Below are positions 25,727-34,234 of a stretch of DNA of 64,000 nt, piece by piece. This DNA is from Bryobacterales bacterium (GTDB lineage: Bacteria; Acidobacteriota; Terriglobia; Bryobacterales; Bryobacteraceae): the NCBI GenBank assembly GCA_043755435.1, contig JAYUSZ010000181.1, positions 3,228 through 67,227 on the forward strand, given 5' to 3'. The notes under the pieces were generated by a model. It was not told the DNA's origin, searched no databases, and was given only the letters and a program-made list of their open reading frames with translations. A program made the position numbers and the translations under genes. The number at the start of each line of letters is the position of its first letter. The first letter of the stretch is position 1.

Positions 25727-26088
25727 AAAAAGAAGAAAGCCTGCTGAAGCAGGTTGCCGGTATCTGTCTGGCTCTTGCTGGTGTAACGCAGGAAACACGC
25801 CCGAGCTGCACAATTTTCCGAGCCGGTAAGAAGGTGTTCGTCTATTTCTTAAATGAAGATCACAGTGATGGAATTCTCTCAGTTTGTTGCAAGGTGTTCC
25901 CAGGGGACAATCAGGCTTTAGTGGCCGCAGAGCCTAAACGGTTTTATCTTCCCGATTACATTGGAGCCAAAGGATGGGTGGGTCTGCGGCTAGATGTTGG
26001 CAAAGTAGATTGGGAAGAAGTGCAGCAACTGGTGTTAGGTAGCTATAAATTGACCGCACCCAAGAAGTTGCTGAAGCCGCTATCCTAA
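25723..26088 (+). CDS. MmcQ/YjbR-like small protein
   Basis: ATG 25723 overlaps the upstream stop as ATGA. The pattern CLALAG..E....[10 protein letters not shown] ... [25 protein letters not shown] resembles the YjbR/MmcQ fold family. This assignment is tentative. Confidence 0.45.
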   Translation: MKKEESLLKQVAGICLALAGVTQETRPSCTIFRAGKKVFVYFLNEDHSDGILSVCCKVFPGDNQALVAAEPKRFYLPDYIGAKGWVGLRLDVGKVDWEEVQQLVLGSYKLTAPKKLLKPLS

Positions 26089-26089
26089 A

Positions 26090-27517
26090 ATGAACCAGAT
26101 GTTCCCATCATTCTCTTTATCCAGGCGCGGATTGCTATCCGCTTTGGCCTTCCCCGCTATTGCGGCACCTAAACAAACTTCCATCCGCGTTGAGGAAGTA
26201 AGTTTCTCATTTGAAGATATTCGCTATCGCTCTCCATACAAGTTTGGAGGTGTGGCAGTGGACCGTGCCACCTTGCTGAATGTGCAATGCACAGTGCGAA
26301 CGCGCAATGGAAAAATGGCAAAGGGGTTTGGTTCCATGCCCCTTGGAAACGTGTGGGCTTTCCCTTCGCGCACGCTTCCTTACGATGGAACGTTAGGTGC
26401 GATGAAAGAGTTGGCCAGCAGGCTTGGGCCACTAACCGCAAGCTATAAAGAATACGGCCACCCAATCGACATCAATACCGCTTTGGAACCAGCCTACTTG
26501 AAGGCTGCGGCGGAAGCCAGTGCCGCTTTGAAGCTTATAGTTCCCATTCCGAAACTTTGCACGCTGGTAACAGCCAGCCCATTTGATGTGGCAATTCACG
26601 ATGCTTTCGGCAAAGTACACAAACGGAATTGCTACTCCACTTACGGCCCCGATCTGATGGAGCGGGATTTGTCAGCCTACCTTGGCACTTCCTTCCGTGG
26701 TGAGTATCTGAACAAGTATCTGCTTCAAAAACCCCGCCCCTCCGTGAATTTGTACCATTCAGTTGGCGGGTCGGATTCGCTGACTGCCGAGCAATTGACA
26801 ACGCGAATCAACGATGGATTACCGGAAACACTTCCCGATTGGATTCGCTACAACGGACTGCACCATATCAAAATAAAGCTGCAAGGTGATGAACTGAAAT
26901 GGGACGTGGACCGCGTGGTTGCCATTGATAGAATCGCGCAGGAAACCAGTCCTGCTGTTGATTGGCGTTATTGTGTGGACTTCAACGAACGCTGCCCGAA
27001 CGTGGAATATCTGCTGGAGTTTCTACGCAAGGTGAAGGAGCAAACTCCCAAAGGTTTTGAGCGAATTGAATACATTGAGCAACCAACTGCCCGTGATTTA
27101 AAGGCTGATCGGGCCAATGTGATGCATCAGGCGGCGAAGCTACGTCCAGTGGTGATTGACGAATCACTGACAGATCTTGAAGCGCTGCTTATGGCAAGGG
27201 AGCTTGGATATTCGGGAATCGCATTGAAAGCCTGCAAAGGGCAAAGCCAAGCAATGCTTATGGCGGCAGCAGGACAGAAGTACAAGATGTTTCTTTGTGT
27301 TCAGGACTTGAGTTGCCCGGGCGCTTCCTTGATTCATTCGGCTAGCATCGCCTCGCGCGTTCCCGGCGTTTCTGGAATCGAAGCGAATTCACGGCAGTAT
27401 CTACCATCTGCGAACCAAGCGTGGGCTGGTAAATTTCCGGGAATTTTCGCCATTAAGAAGGGCGTGCTGGATACGTCCCGACTTGACGGAATGGGCATCG
27501 GTGCAGTCGACGCTTGA
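26090..27517 (+). CDS. Enolase-superfamily (mandelate racemase/muconate-lactonising-enzyme-like) protein with Tat-type signal
   Basis: [17 protein letters not shown] leader. Candidate catalytic/metal motifs appear in the canonical order: HIKIKLQG (KxK), DFNE, IEQP, VIDES, ALKACKG. The start is 1 nt after the upstream stop. Confidence 0.65.
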   Translation: MNQMFPSFSLSRRGLLSALAFPAIAAPKQTSIRVEEVSFSFEDIRYRSPYKFGGVAVDRATLLNVQCTVRTRNGKMAKGFGSMPLGNVWAFPSRTLPYDGTLGAMKELASRLGPLTASYKEYGHPIDINTALEPAYLKAAAEASAALKLIVPIPKLCTLVTASPFDVAIHDAFGKVHKRNCYSTYGPDLMERDLSAYLGTSFRGEYLNKYLLQKPRPSVNLYHSVGGSDSLTAEQLTTRINDGLPETLPDWIRYNGLHHIKIKLQGDELKWDVDRVVAIDRIAQETSPAVDWRYCVDFNERCPNVEYLLEFLRKVKEQTPKGFERIEYIEQPTARDLKADRANVMHQAAKLRPVVIDESLTDLEALLMARELGYSGIALKACKGQSQAMLMAAAGQKYKMFLCVQDLSCPGASLIHSASIASRVPGVSGIEANSRQYLPSANQAWAGKFPGIFAIKKGVLDTSRLDGMGIGAVDA

Positions 27518-27602
27518 CCCACGCGCTTGACCAGCAAGATTGACTTAACTTGACGATTGTTATAGCATCGCGGAATCGATTCTGTACAGTGATGAGGTCC
27601 GT

Positions 27603-30600
27603 GTGTCCAGACATTTGTCCGCATTCATTCTATTTGTCCTCGCATTTTCGAATACAGTCTTGGGGCAAGGGGTAACAGGCCAAATTTCAGGAACTGTAAC
27701 CGATTCCGGGGGATCCTCCATAGCGGGAGCTTCCGTCCGCTTAACCCATGAACTTTCCCAACAGGTACGCGAGTTCACCACGGAACCAAGTGGAGATTTT
27801 CAATTCCCCAACTTAGTTCCAGGCGACTATACCGTTCGAATTGAGCGTTCCGGATTCAAGACTTATTCGCAAAAATCAATCAAGGTAAGCGCAGAAGATC
27901 GGGTTACCTTGGGCCAGCTGAAATTGACAGTCGGTGAAGTTAGCAGCACTATCCAAGTGATTGCCGAAAGTTCTCGGGTATCCACTGAAACATCGGACCG
28001 GTCGATCTTGATTGACCGCCAGCAGATTGAAGATACTCCAATCAGCGGGCGTGATTATCTGGGGATTCTCCGCTCTCTGCCGGGCGTCCAGATGGTTTCA
28101 ACTAACGACATGCCTGGCTGGTTCAATACGGAAAATAACTTGGTGAACGGCGGCCAGAGCGGTCAATTCGTAGTTACTCTGGATGGCATTATCAGCCAGG
28201 ATAGCGGTGCGCCACGAACTGGCGGTTACCTTGCGCCGAACGTCGATGCCATTGGTGAAGTGAAAGTACTGGTGTCCAACTACACTGCTGAATCCGGAGC
28301 GCGCGCCGGTGGGCAAATGAATGTGTCCATCAAAAATGGGACGAATCAGTATCATGGCTCCGCTTACCATTTCTGGCGGCATGAAATGCTGTCTGCCAAC
28401 GAGTTCTTCAATAACAAGAACGTGACCATAGTAAATGGCGTGGGAGTGCCAATTGCCAAACCTCGCTACCGCTTTCAGAATCCTGGAGCAACCATAGGCG
28501 GGCCTGTAATCATCCCAGGCCTCGGCTTCAACAAAAGCCGTACTCGAATGTTCTTTTTCTTTTCGGAAGACTATCTGCATACCTTGACCACTGGTGGCGT
28601 GAATGGCTTCAACATGCCAAGCAGTTTGGAACGTGCGGGGGACTTTTCGCAAACAGTAACCAGCACAGGCCTAAAAATTGGAATCAAGGATCCACTGGCT
28701 GGCGGTGTTTTCCCCGACAATATCATTCCGCCTAGCCGCATTCATCCCATAGGTAGCGCCATGATGAATTTGTTTCCGAACCCTTCCACTGTTGACCCGT
28801 CTGGCAGGCGTGGTTTCAATGGACAATATCAGTTCAATCGCGACCGTCCGCGCGAAGACCGCATTCTACGTATCGACATTAGTCTAGGTCCCAAAACCAG
28901 TTCTTACGTCCGTTTGATTCAGGATTTCCAAGCGGACCGAGGAGTGGGTGCAACCCTCAATGGCGGCGGAGCCTGGGGACAGTTCGCCAGTAACTACGAT
29001 ATTCAATCGGCGGGTGCTGTTTATAGTGTCATTCACACGTTTCGCCACAATTTGATCAATGAATCCACTGTTGGAATTAACCGTGGAACACAGAGTACCT
29101 ATGCTGCAGACCTTGAAAAATTTAAAGCCATCAATGATCTATCTGCACTGACAGGGCCAGATGGAAAGCAGGTGAAGTTGCCGCAATTTTTCAATGCGAA
29201 CTACTTGAACATCATTCCAAATATCCGCTTCACCACCAATAGCCCCCAATCGGCCGGGCAAGCTGTAACCGCTCCGCCCAGTTTCACATTCGATAGCCGC
29301 TGGCCGTTCCATGGCACCGATCAGTTGACGAACATCACAGACAATATTACTTGGATCAAGAAGAGACACACAGTAAAAGCAGGCTTCTATTTTGAACGCA
29401 ATTCCAGGAACGTAAGTGTTTATTCTACTTACAATGCCGCTGGTTCTTATTGGTTTGGATCCGATACCGCGAATCCAAATGATACAGGCTACGCCTACTC
29501 AAATTTGATGTTGGGAACCGTTCAAGCCTATGGTGAGGACAATGGAAAGCTGATCAATCATGCCCGATATAACCAAGTGGAATGGTTTTTCCAGGACACA
29601 TGGAAAGCCACGCGGCGCCTAACTTTCGATCTCGGAATTCGATTTCAAGTGCTGCAGCCGACATACTCTCAAGGAGCGACTTTAGGTTTGTTCAACGGCG
29701 ATTCCTACGATAAGAAAAAATCCGGACAGCTGTTGTTTCCAGCCCTAGTAAATGGTCAGAAGGTTGCAATCAATCCTCAAACAAAAGCCACCTATTTGTT
29801 CGCTCGGGCAACGTCGTTCGATCCGGCATCTTATCCCGCTGATGGGTTGCCTTACTCGGGCATCAATCAGTACAAGGATAAATTCTTCCACACTCCTCCA
29901 GTTCAATACGGTCCGCGTCTGGGCTTTGCTTGGGACGTGTTTGGGAAAGGTAAAACGGCTATTCGCGGTGGGTTTGGCATTTTCTATGGCAGGGCTTATG
30001 GCGTCGATACGATTGGAGCGACTGCTTCCGGCGTAGGCCCAATGGCTGCCCCACCTGCCTTTCGTGCTCCAATCTACTACAACACCACCTTCGACAATCT
30101 TCTTACTACTCAAGGCTTCTATGGTGCGCAGAACGTTACTGGCGGGTCGCAGGATTATAAGAACCCCACCACTTACAATTGGAGTTTTGGAATTCAACAA
30201 GACCTTCGCAAGGGAGTGATTCTGGATGTCTCTTATGTGGCGAACGTTTTCCATCATGGATTTGGCACTGCGAATGACGCGAATTCAGTACCTCCACTAA
30301 CGACTTGGACTCCCCAAGGCGGCCCAAACAAAACCTACCTTGATCCCACCAGTGCCAATAATGGTACGGGCGCTTTCTATGGTGTTAATTTGATTCGTGG
30401 GTTACAAAAGTATGAAGGATATGGGTCAATCAGCACTTACACCAGCGCGGGAGAATCTTCTTATAATTCGTTACAGGCGCAGGTGAACAAACGCTTCAAT
30501 AAGCGTTATCAGTTCAGCGTGAATTACACCTGGTCGAAGACCATCATATTTAGCCGCCAACAATGGATCCCCGATAACTTGACCAAGAATGTGGTGAATC

Positions 30601-31208
30601 GACCGCATGCGGTGAACCTGAATTTCGGATATGACATTCCCAAGGGAAGTAAGTTGTGGTCAAACTGGTTCACCAAAGGCGCACTTGATGGGTGGCGATT
30701 CAATGGAGTTGGTGCGTTCTTTAGCGGCACTCCGTTCACCGTCGGATGCACCGCAACAGCTCCGCCTATCGGCTACTGGACGGGGACACCCACAGGGGGC
30801 ATTCCTTTCCGCTGCCAGATGAATGGAAGTTTGTGGCGCACAGACGAAGGCAAAGCACCTGGCACCATTGATCAGCGCTTATACTATCCGCTGAATGCGG
30901 CAAGCTTTAGCCTCCCCCCCATTGATTCACTGGGGTTTGGAAACACTCCGCCAACTCTAACATACGGACCCGGAATGGAAAATCTTGATTTGTCATTGTC
31001 GAAGAATTTCAAAGTGGCGGAACGCAAAACGCTTGAGTTCCGTGCCGAAGCATTTAATACGTTCAACCACTTCAATCCAAGTAATCCGAATGCGGGATTA
31101 ACATTCAATTTCGGCACAGGCGTACAGACGAATGCGAACTTCGGGCAGATTACTGGTGCGCAGCATGTTGCACGCCGCATGGCCATGTCGCTTAAGTTTC
31201 GGTTCTGA
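27603..31208 (+). CDS. TonB-dependent outer-membrane receptor with N-terminal carboxypeptidase-regulatory-like domain
   Basis: Signal peptide, CarboxypepD_reg-like start (GQISGTVTDSGGSSIAGASVRL), plug region (DRSILIDRQQIEDTP), long beta-barrel and terminal SLKFRF. Confidence 0.85.
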   Translation: MSRHLSAFILFVLAFSNTVLGQGVTGQISGTVTDSGGSSIAGASVRLTHELSQQVREFTTEPSGDFQFPNLVPGDYTVRIERSGFKTYSQKSIKVSAEDRVTLGQLKLTVGEVSSTIQVIAESSRVSTETSDRSILIDRQQIEDTPISGRDYLGILRSLPGVQMVSTNDMPGWFNTENNLVNGGQSGQFVVTLDGIISQDSGAPRTGGYLAPNVDAIGEVKVLVSNYTAESGARAGGQMNVSIKNGTNQYHGSAYHFWRHEMLSANEFFNNKNVTIVNGVGVPIAKPRYRFQNPGATIGGPVIIPGLGFNKSRTRMFFFFSEDYLHTLTTGGVNGFNMPSSLERAGDFSQTVTSTGLKIGIKDPLAGGVFPDNIIPPSRIHPIGSAMMNLFPNPSTVDPSGRRGFNGQYQFNRDRPREDRILRIDISLGPKTSSYVRLIQDFQADRGVGATLNGGGAWGQFASNYDIQSAGAVYSVIHTFRHNLINESTVGINRGTQSTYAADLEKFKAINDLSALTGPDGKQVKLPQFFNANYLNIIPNIRFTTNSPQSAGQAVTAPPSFTFDSRWPFHGTDQLTNITDNITWIKKRHTVKAGFYFERNSRNVSVYSTYNAAGSYWFGSDTANPNDTGYAYSNLMLGTVQAYGEDNGKLINHARYNQVEWFFQDTWKATRRLTFDLGIRFQVLQPTYSQGATLGLFNGDSYDKKKSGQLLFPALVNGQKVAINPQTKATYLFARATSFDPASYPADGLPYSGINQYKDKFFHTPPVQYGPRLGFAWDVFGKGKTAIRGGFGIFYGRAYGVDTIGATASGVGPMAAPPAFRAPIYYNTTFDNLLTTQGFYGAQNVTGGSQDYKNPTTYNWSFGIQQDLRKGVILDVSYVANVFHHGFGTANDANSVPPLTTWTPQGGPNKTYLDPTSANNGTGAFYGVNLIRGLQKYEGYGSISTYTSAGESSYNSLQAQVNKRFNKRYQFSVNYTWSKTIIFSRQQWIPDNLTKNVVNRPHAVNLNFGYDIPKGSKLWSNWFTKGALDGWRFNGVGAFFSGTPFTVGCTATAPPIGYWTGTPTGGIPFRCQMNGSLWRTDEGKAPGTIDQRLYYPLNAASFSLPPIDSLGFGNTPPTLTYGPGMENLDLSLSKNFKVAERKTLEFRAEAFNTFNHFNPSNPNAGLTFNFGTGVQTNANFGQITGAQHVARRMAMSLKFRF

Positions 31209-31220
31209 TCTTCAACGCAA

Positions 31221-33947
31221 TTACAACTGGACGGTAAACTGTGTATGAAAAGTGTCCCGAGGATCAATTCTAGCTTTCAGCGCTTTGAGGCGGGTGTAAT
31301 TATTGTGGTTGTCATAATATAAGTCGATTACGGACTGTTTGGTCATGTCAGTGTCACCAAAAGAGCCCCAGAAAAGCCGCTTCTCCTGTCCTGGGCTGAA
31401 TTCAATATCAACCAACAGTTGCATCCGCTGTTGCAGGTCCTCCGCCGTTTGCTCAAACCCATCGTCATAGAAAAGGTCGAAAACAAAACTGAAAACAAAC
31501 TCCCTTTGCGGAATCGAAGTGCTCAGCCGTCTAGCCGAATTCTTGTAATTACCTCCTCCAATCATCATCTGAAAGACCAGGTAAACGCCGTCAGTGTCAT
31601 TGACAACCTCTTCCACTAAACCGACAAACTGATCGACAAATTTGTCAGTCAAAGCACTCATGGTGCAGTTGACTCGCTTCTTGTACGGATACTTAAATTC
31701 ACGCCCGTCCCATGTTGTTGAAGGTGGACGACGCACGAAGGAATCGGCCAAGGTGGAAAGCGGTTGCCTGCCTTCAGTGGTTAAAATGCCCCAAGGAAAG
31801 CCTGCGTTCGCATCAGCAATCTGAATAATGGATTGGAATGGCTGGCCACCATCCACAGGCTCGCCTGCCAAATTTGAATTCACGAGTTCAACCAGAAGAA
31901 GAGGGGGAAGGAAGAATGCAGAACTCGATTCAACGGTCATTGTGAAATCGATGCCAGTCCGAAGCGTCCCAGCTACGACTTGTTTTGTCCACGCTTGAAC
32001 CTCTTTCATGAGGCTCCTATAGCGATTGAATTCATACCTTCGAGTCGCAGCATAGCCGTAGGACTCGCGATGGTCGCTGTCCTTGATGCACTCAATACGA
32101 TAGTTGATGACAATGCCAAAGGATCCGGCGTTCCCGCCCAGTACACCCCAGAAGAGTTCCTCGTCAAGATTGCCTGGCGTGGGTGCGCCGGCTGGGCGTT
32201 GAACAGTACGGATGCTCCCGTCAGCCAGAATGATGGTGAAAGCGGTTACGTAATCCAGAGCCAATCCAAAGCCACGCAGGAAATGGCCGAAGCCTCCAGT
32301 TTGCGCGTGCCCACCAACGCAAACTAATGGACACTCGCCATGTGGGATCGTAATCCCCCGACCTTTGAACCCGGCTGCCAGCGTGGTTAATCCGACGCCC
32401 GGACCCACCTCAACGATGTTGCCGGAAATGTCACGGAAGTGATTAAATGCATCGAGCGACAGTACGATGGTCGAATTATCGCCGGATGACTTGCCGGTGT
32501 ATTGGTGACCTCCGCTGCGCGCTACAACGCGTTTTCCCTGTCCCCGTGCAAACTGAATCGCCGCCTGAATGTCGGCCGCATCAAGAGGGTAGGCAACCAT
32601 GAATGGCGTCATCTGGGCCGTTGGGTACGAAGATGTGGCGTACTGCTTCGCGCGCTGTTTGAACGTCCTATCCGATGGGATGAAGACATCGCCGCGAAAG
32701 CCAGGAATTCGGGGCGCAACTGCTGCAAATAGACCCACGCTTTTGAGGGCCGGAGCAGTAGCGCGGGTCAACGGGGAGAGCGATTCCAACCCATGAGAAA
32801 AAGAAGTTTGGACAGCCCGCGGCGTATATATAGAGCTACTGAGTTCAAGGCTGTTTTCACGATTCAATTGGATTCGAATGAATAAGCTGCGGTCCTTATC
32901 GAGCATGCCATGGCGGCTTTCGCTGAAGGCGAGCTTGCTATGGATTTGTCCGGTGACGCCATTTAAGGCTTCGTTGCGATCCGTGTCCGCCGCAACAATT
33001 TGGTGCAGCTCATGCGTGTCAATGCCTGGATCCTCCGGTACGGCGAACCCAGCATCCACAATGGATTTGATGACTCTGGAACCATAGTAATTCTCCGCAA
33101 TAATGTTGCCTTCAAACTCCTTAGGCAACCCACCCAGGGCGTTGGCCACCAGGGCTTCCAAAGCTGCCTTGTCTTCCGCAGTGGAGCAGGTTGCTGTAAT
33201 CCGAATCACGGAAAGGCCGTGCCTTGCCGAGAAAGCATCAAGAACAAGATCGGAATGTGCGGGAATTTTGGTGTTCAGGAAAAGTGCTTTAGCAAGAAGT
33301 GCAAACTGATCCTTGCCAGGATAAGGGAACGACCGTCTGAACATTAACAAACTCTCGCCCGATGCAGGCTTGAAGGCAATCCTGGTGATTATGTCCGAGT
33401 TCGCGCGTGACCGTGGCAAGGCGGATGCTCCTGAACGGGTCACTGGCTTGCCTACTGGAGTCACGACGCTGAGCTTCGAGACGTAGCCGGAAAGGGGGCC
33501 AAGAGTGCGCATCAGGCAAGATGGTCCTTCGTGAATTACGGATGCGGCAATGCTGCGCTGTGGGTTATCCGCAAGTGGAAGAGCCAGGCCATGTTTAGTT
33601 AACAGTTTCGTCATCTCGCCGGTTGTTGTTCCGGCCTCAGCATTAATTACTCCCTTCGTAACGTCGAGAACATTCAAATCCGCGAGGTTGAGGACAACTC
33701 CACCAACGGGGTCAACCCGGTCGGTCACTGCTTGAGCTTGCATTCCGCTTCTAACGAATAACTTTTCGTTCTGAGAGAGCGCAACGGCCGTCGCGACATC
33801 TGTCATGGACTTTGGGAATAGGACCGGACGCGGGATTTTCACATCAGCAAAGGCGGTCAAACTTTCCGCAGGATAGTTAACGATCCTACCCTGAAACTTA
33901 GGAGTCTTCCGTTTTCCTGTTTTCGATCTAGCAACCTTCTTTGCCAT
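31221..33947 (-). CDS. BBE-like FAD-linked oxidase with tandem duplicated PCMH (FAD_binding_4) modules
   Basis: The second half has canonical motifs RSGGHQY, HGECPLVCVGGHAQTGGFGHFLRGFGLALDYV and a BBE-type tail YTRLKALKARIDPRDTFHTQF. The first half is collinear but degenerate (RSGMQAQ; ASVIHEGPSCLMRTLGPLSGYV). There is no signal peptide, and the N-terminus is basic. Confidence 0.75.
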   Translation of the reverse strand: MAKKVARSKTGKRKTPKFQGRIVNYPAESLTAFADVKIPRPVLFPKSMTDVATAVALSQNEKLFVRSGMQAQAVTDRVDPVGGVVLNLADLNVLDVTKGVINAEAGTTTGEMTKLLTKHGLALPLADNPQRSIAASVIHEGPSCLMRTLGPLSGYVSKLSVVTPVGKPVTRSGASALPRSRANSDIITRIAFKPASGESLLMFRRSFPYPGKDQFALLAKALFLNTKIPAHSDLVLDAFSARHGLSVIRITATCSTAEDKAALEALVANALGGLPKEFEGNIIAENYYGSRVIKSIVDAGFAVPEDPGIDTHELHQIVAADTDRNEALNGVTGQIHSKLAFSESRHGMLDKDRSLFIRIQLNRENSLELSSSIYTPRAVQTSFSHGLESLSPLTRATAPALKSVGLFAAVAPRIPGFRGDVFIPSDRTFKQRAKQYATSSYPTAQMTPFMVAYPLDAADIQAAIQFARGQGKRVVARSGGHQYTGKSSGDNSTIVLSLDAFNHFRDISGNIVEVGPGVGLTTLAAGFKGRGITIPHGECPLVCVGGHAQTGGFGHFLRGFGLALDYVTAFTIILADGSIRTVQRPAGAPTPGNLDEELFWGVLGGNAGSFGIVINYRIECIKDSDHRESYGYAATRRYEFNRYRSLMKEVQAWTKQVVAGTLRTGIDFTMTVESSSAFFLPPLLLVELVNSNLAGEPVDGGQPFQSIIQIADANAGFPWGILTTEGRQPLSTLADSFVRRPPSTTWDGREFKYPYKKRVNCTMSALTDKFVDQFVGLVEEVVNDTDGVYLVFQMMIGGGNYKNSARRLSTSIPQREFVFSFVFDLFYDDGFEQTAEDLQQRMQLLVDIEFSPGQEKRLFWGSFGDTDMTKQSVIDLYYDNHNNYTRLKALKARIDPRDTFHTQFTVQL

Positions 33948-34234
33948 GCTTTCTCCTCTTCTTACCTAGCGCTGCACTGCTCTCCCAAAGACAAGACCCA
34001 GCGGGCCTTCAAGATGCGGCAAGAGTGCCGAATAAGCTCTTAAGGCTGAAATTCATATAATCATTACATACTGGCGTCTGCGGCGGATTGAGCAATCACC
34101 GCCAACCGGCCGCACGAACTTGGCGATTTACTTGATCTGATCTAGGGCAACTACGGGACACGCAGAGTCGCCAAGCTCAAAGCTTAGTTGAAGCGCGTAT
34201 TGCGCACTCGCCGAATTCATCCTCAAGAAAAAAG

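Noticed and set aside
28098-30257. Minus-strand ORFs of 184 aa and 170 aa
   Set aside because: Both are antisense to the TonB-dependent receptor gene, whose frame is open for 3.6 kb with plug and barrel signatures.
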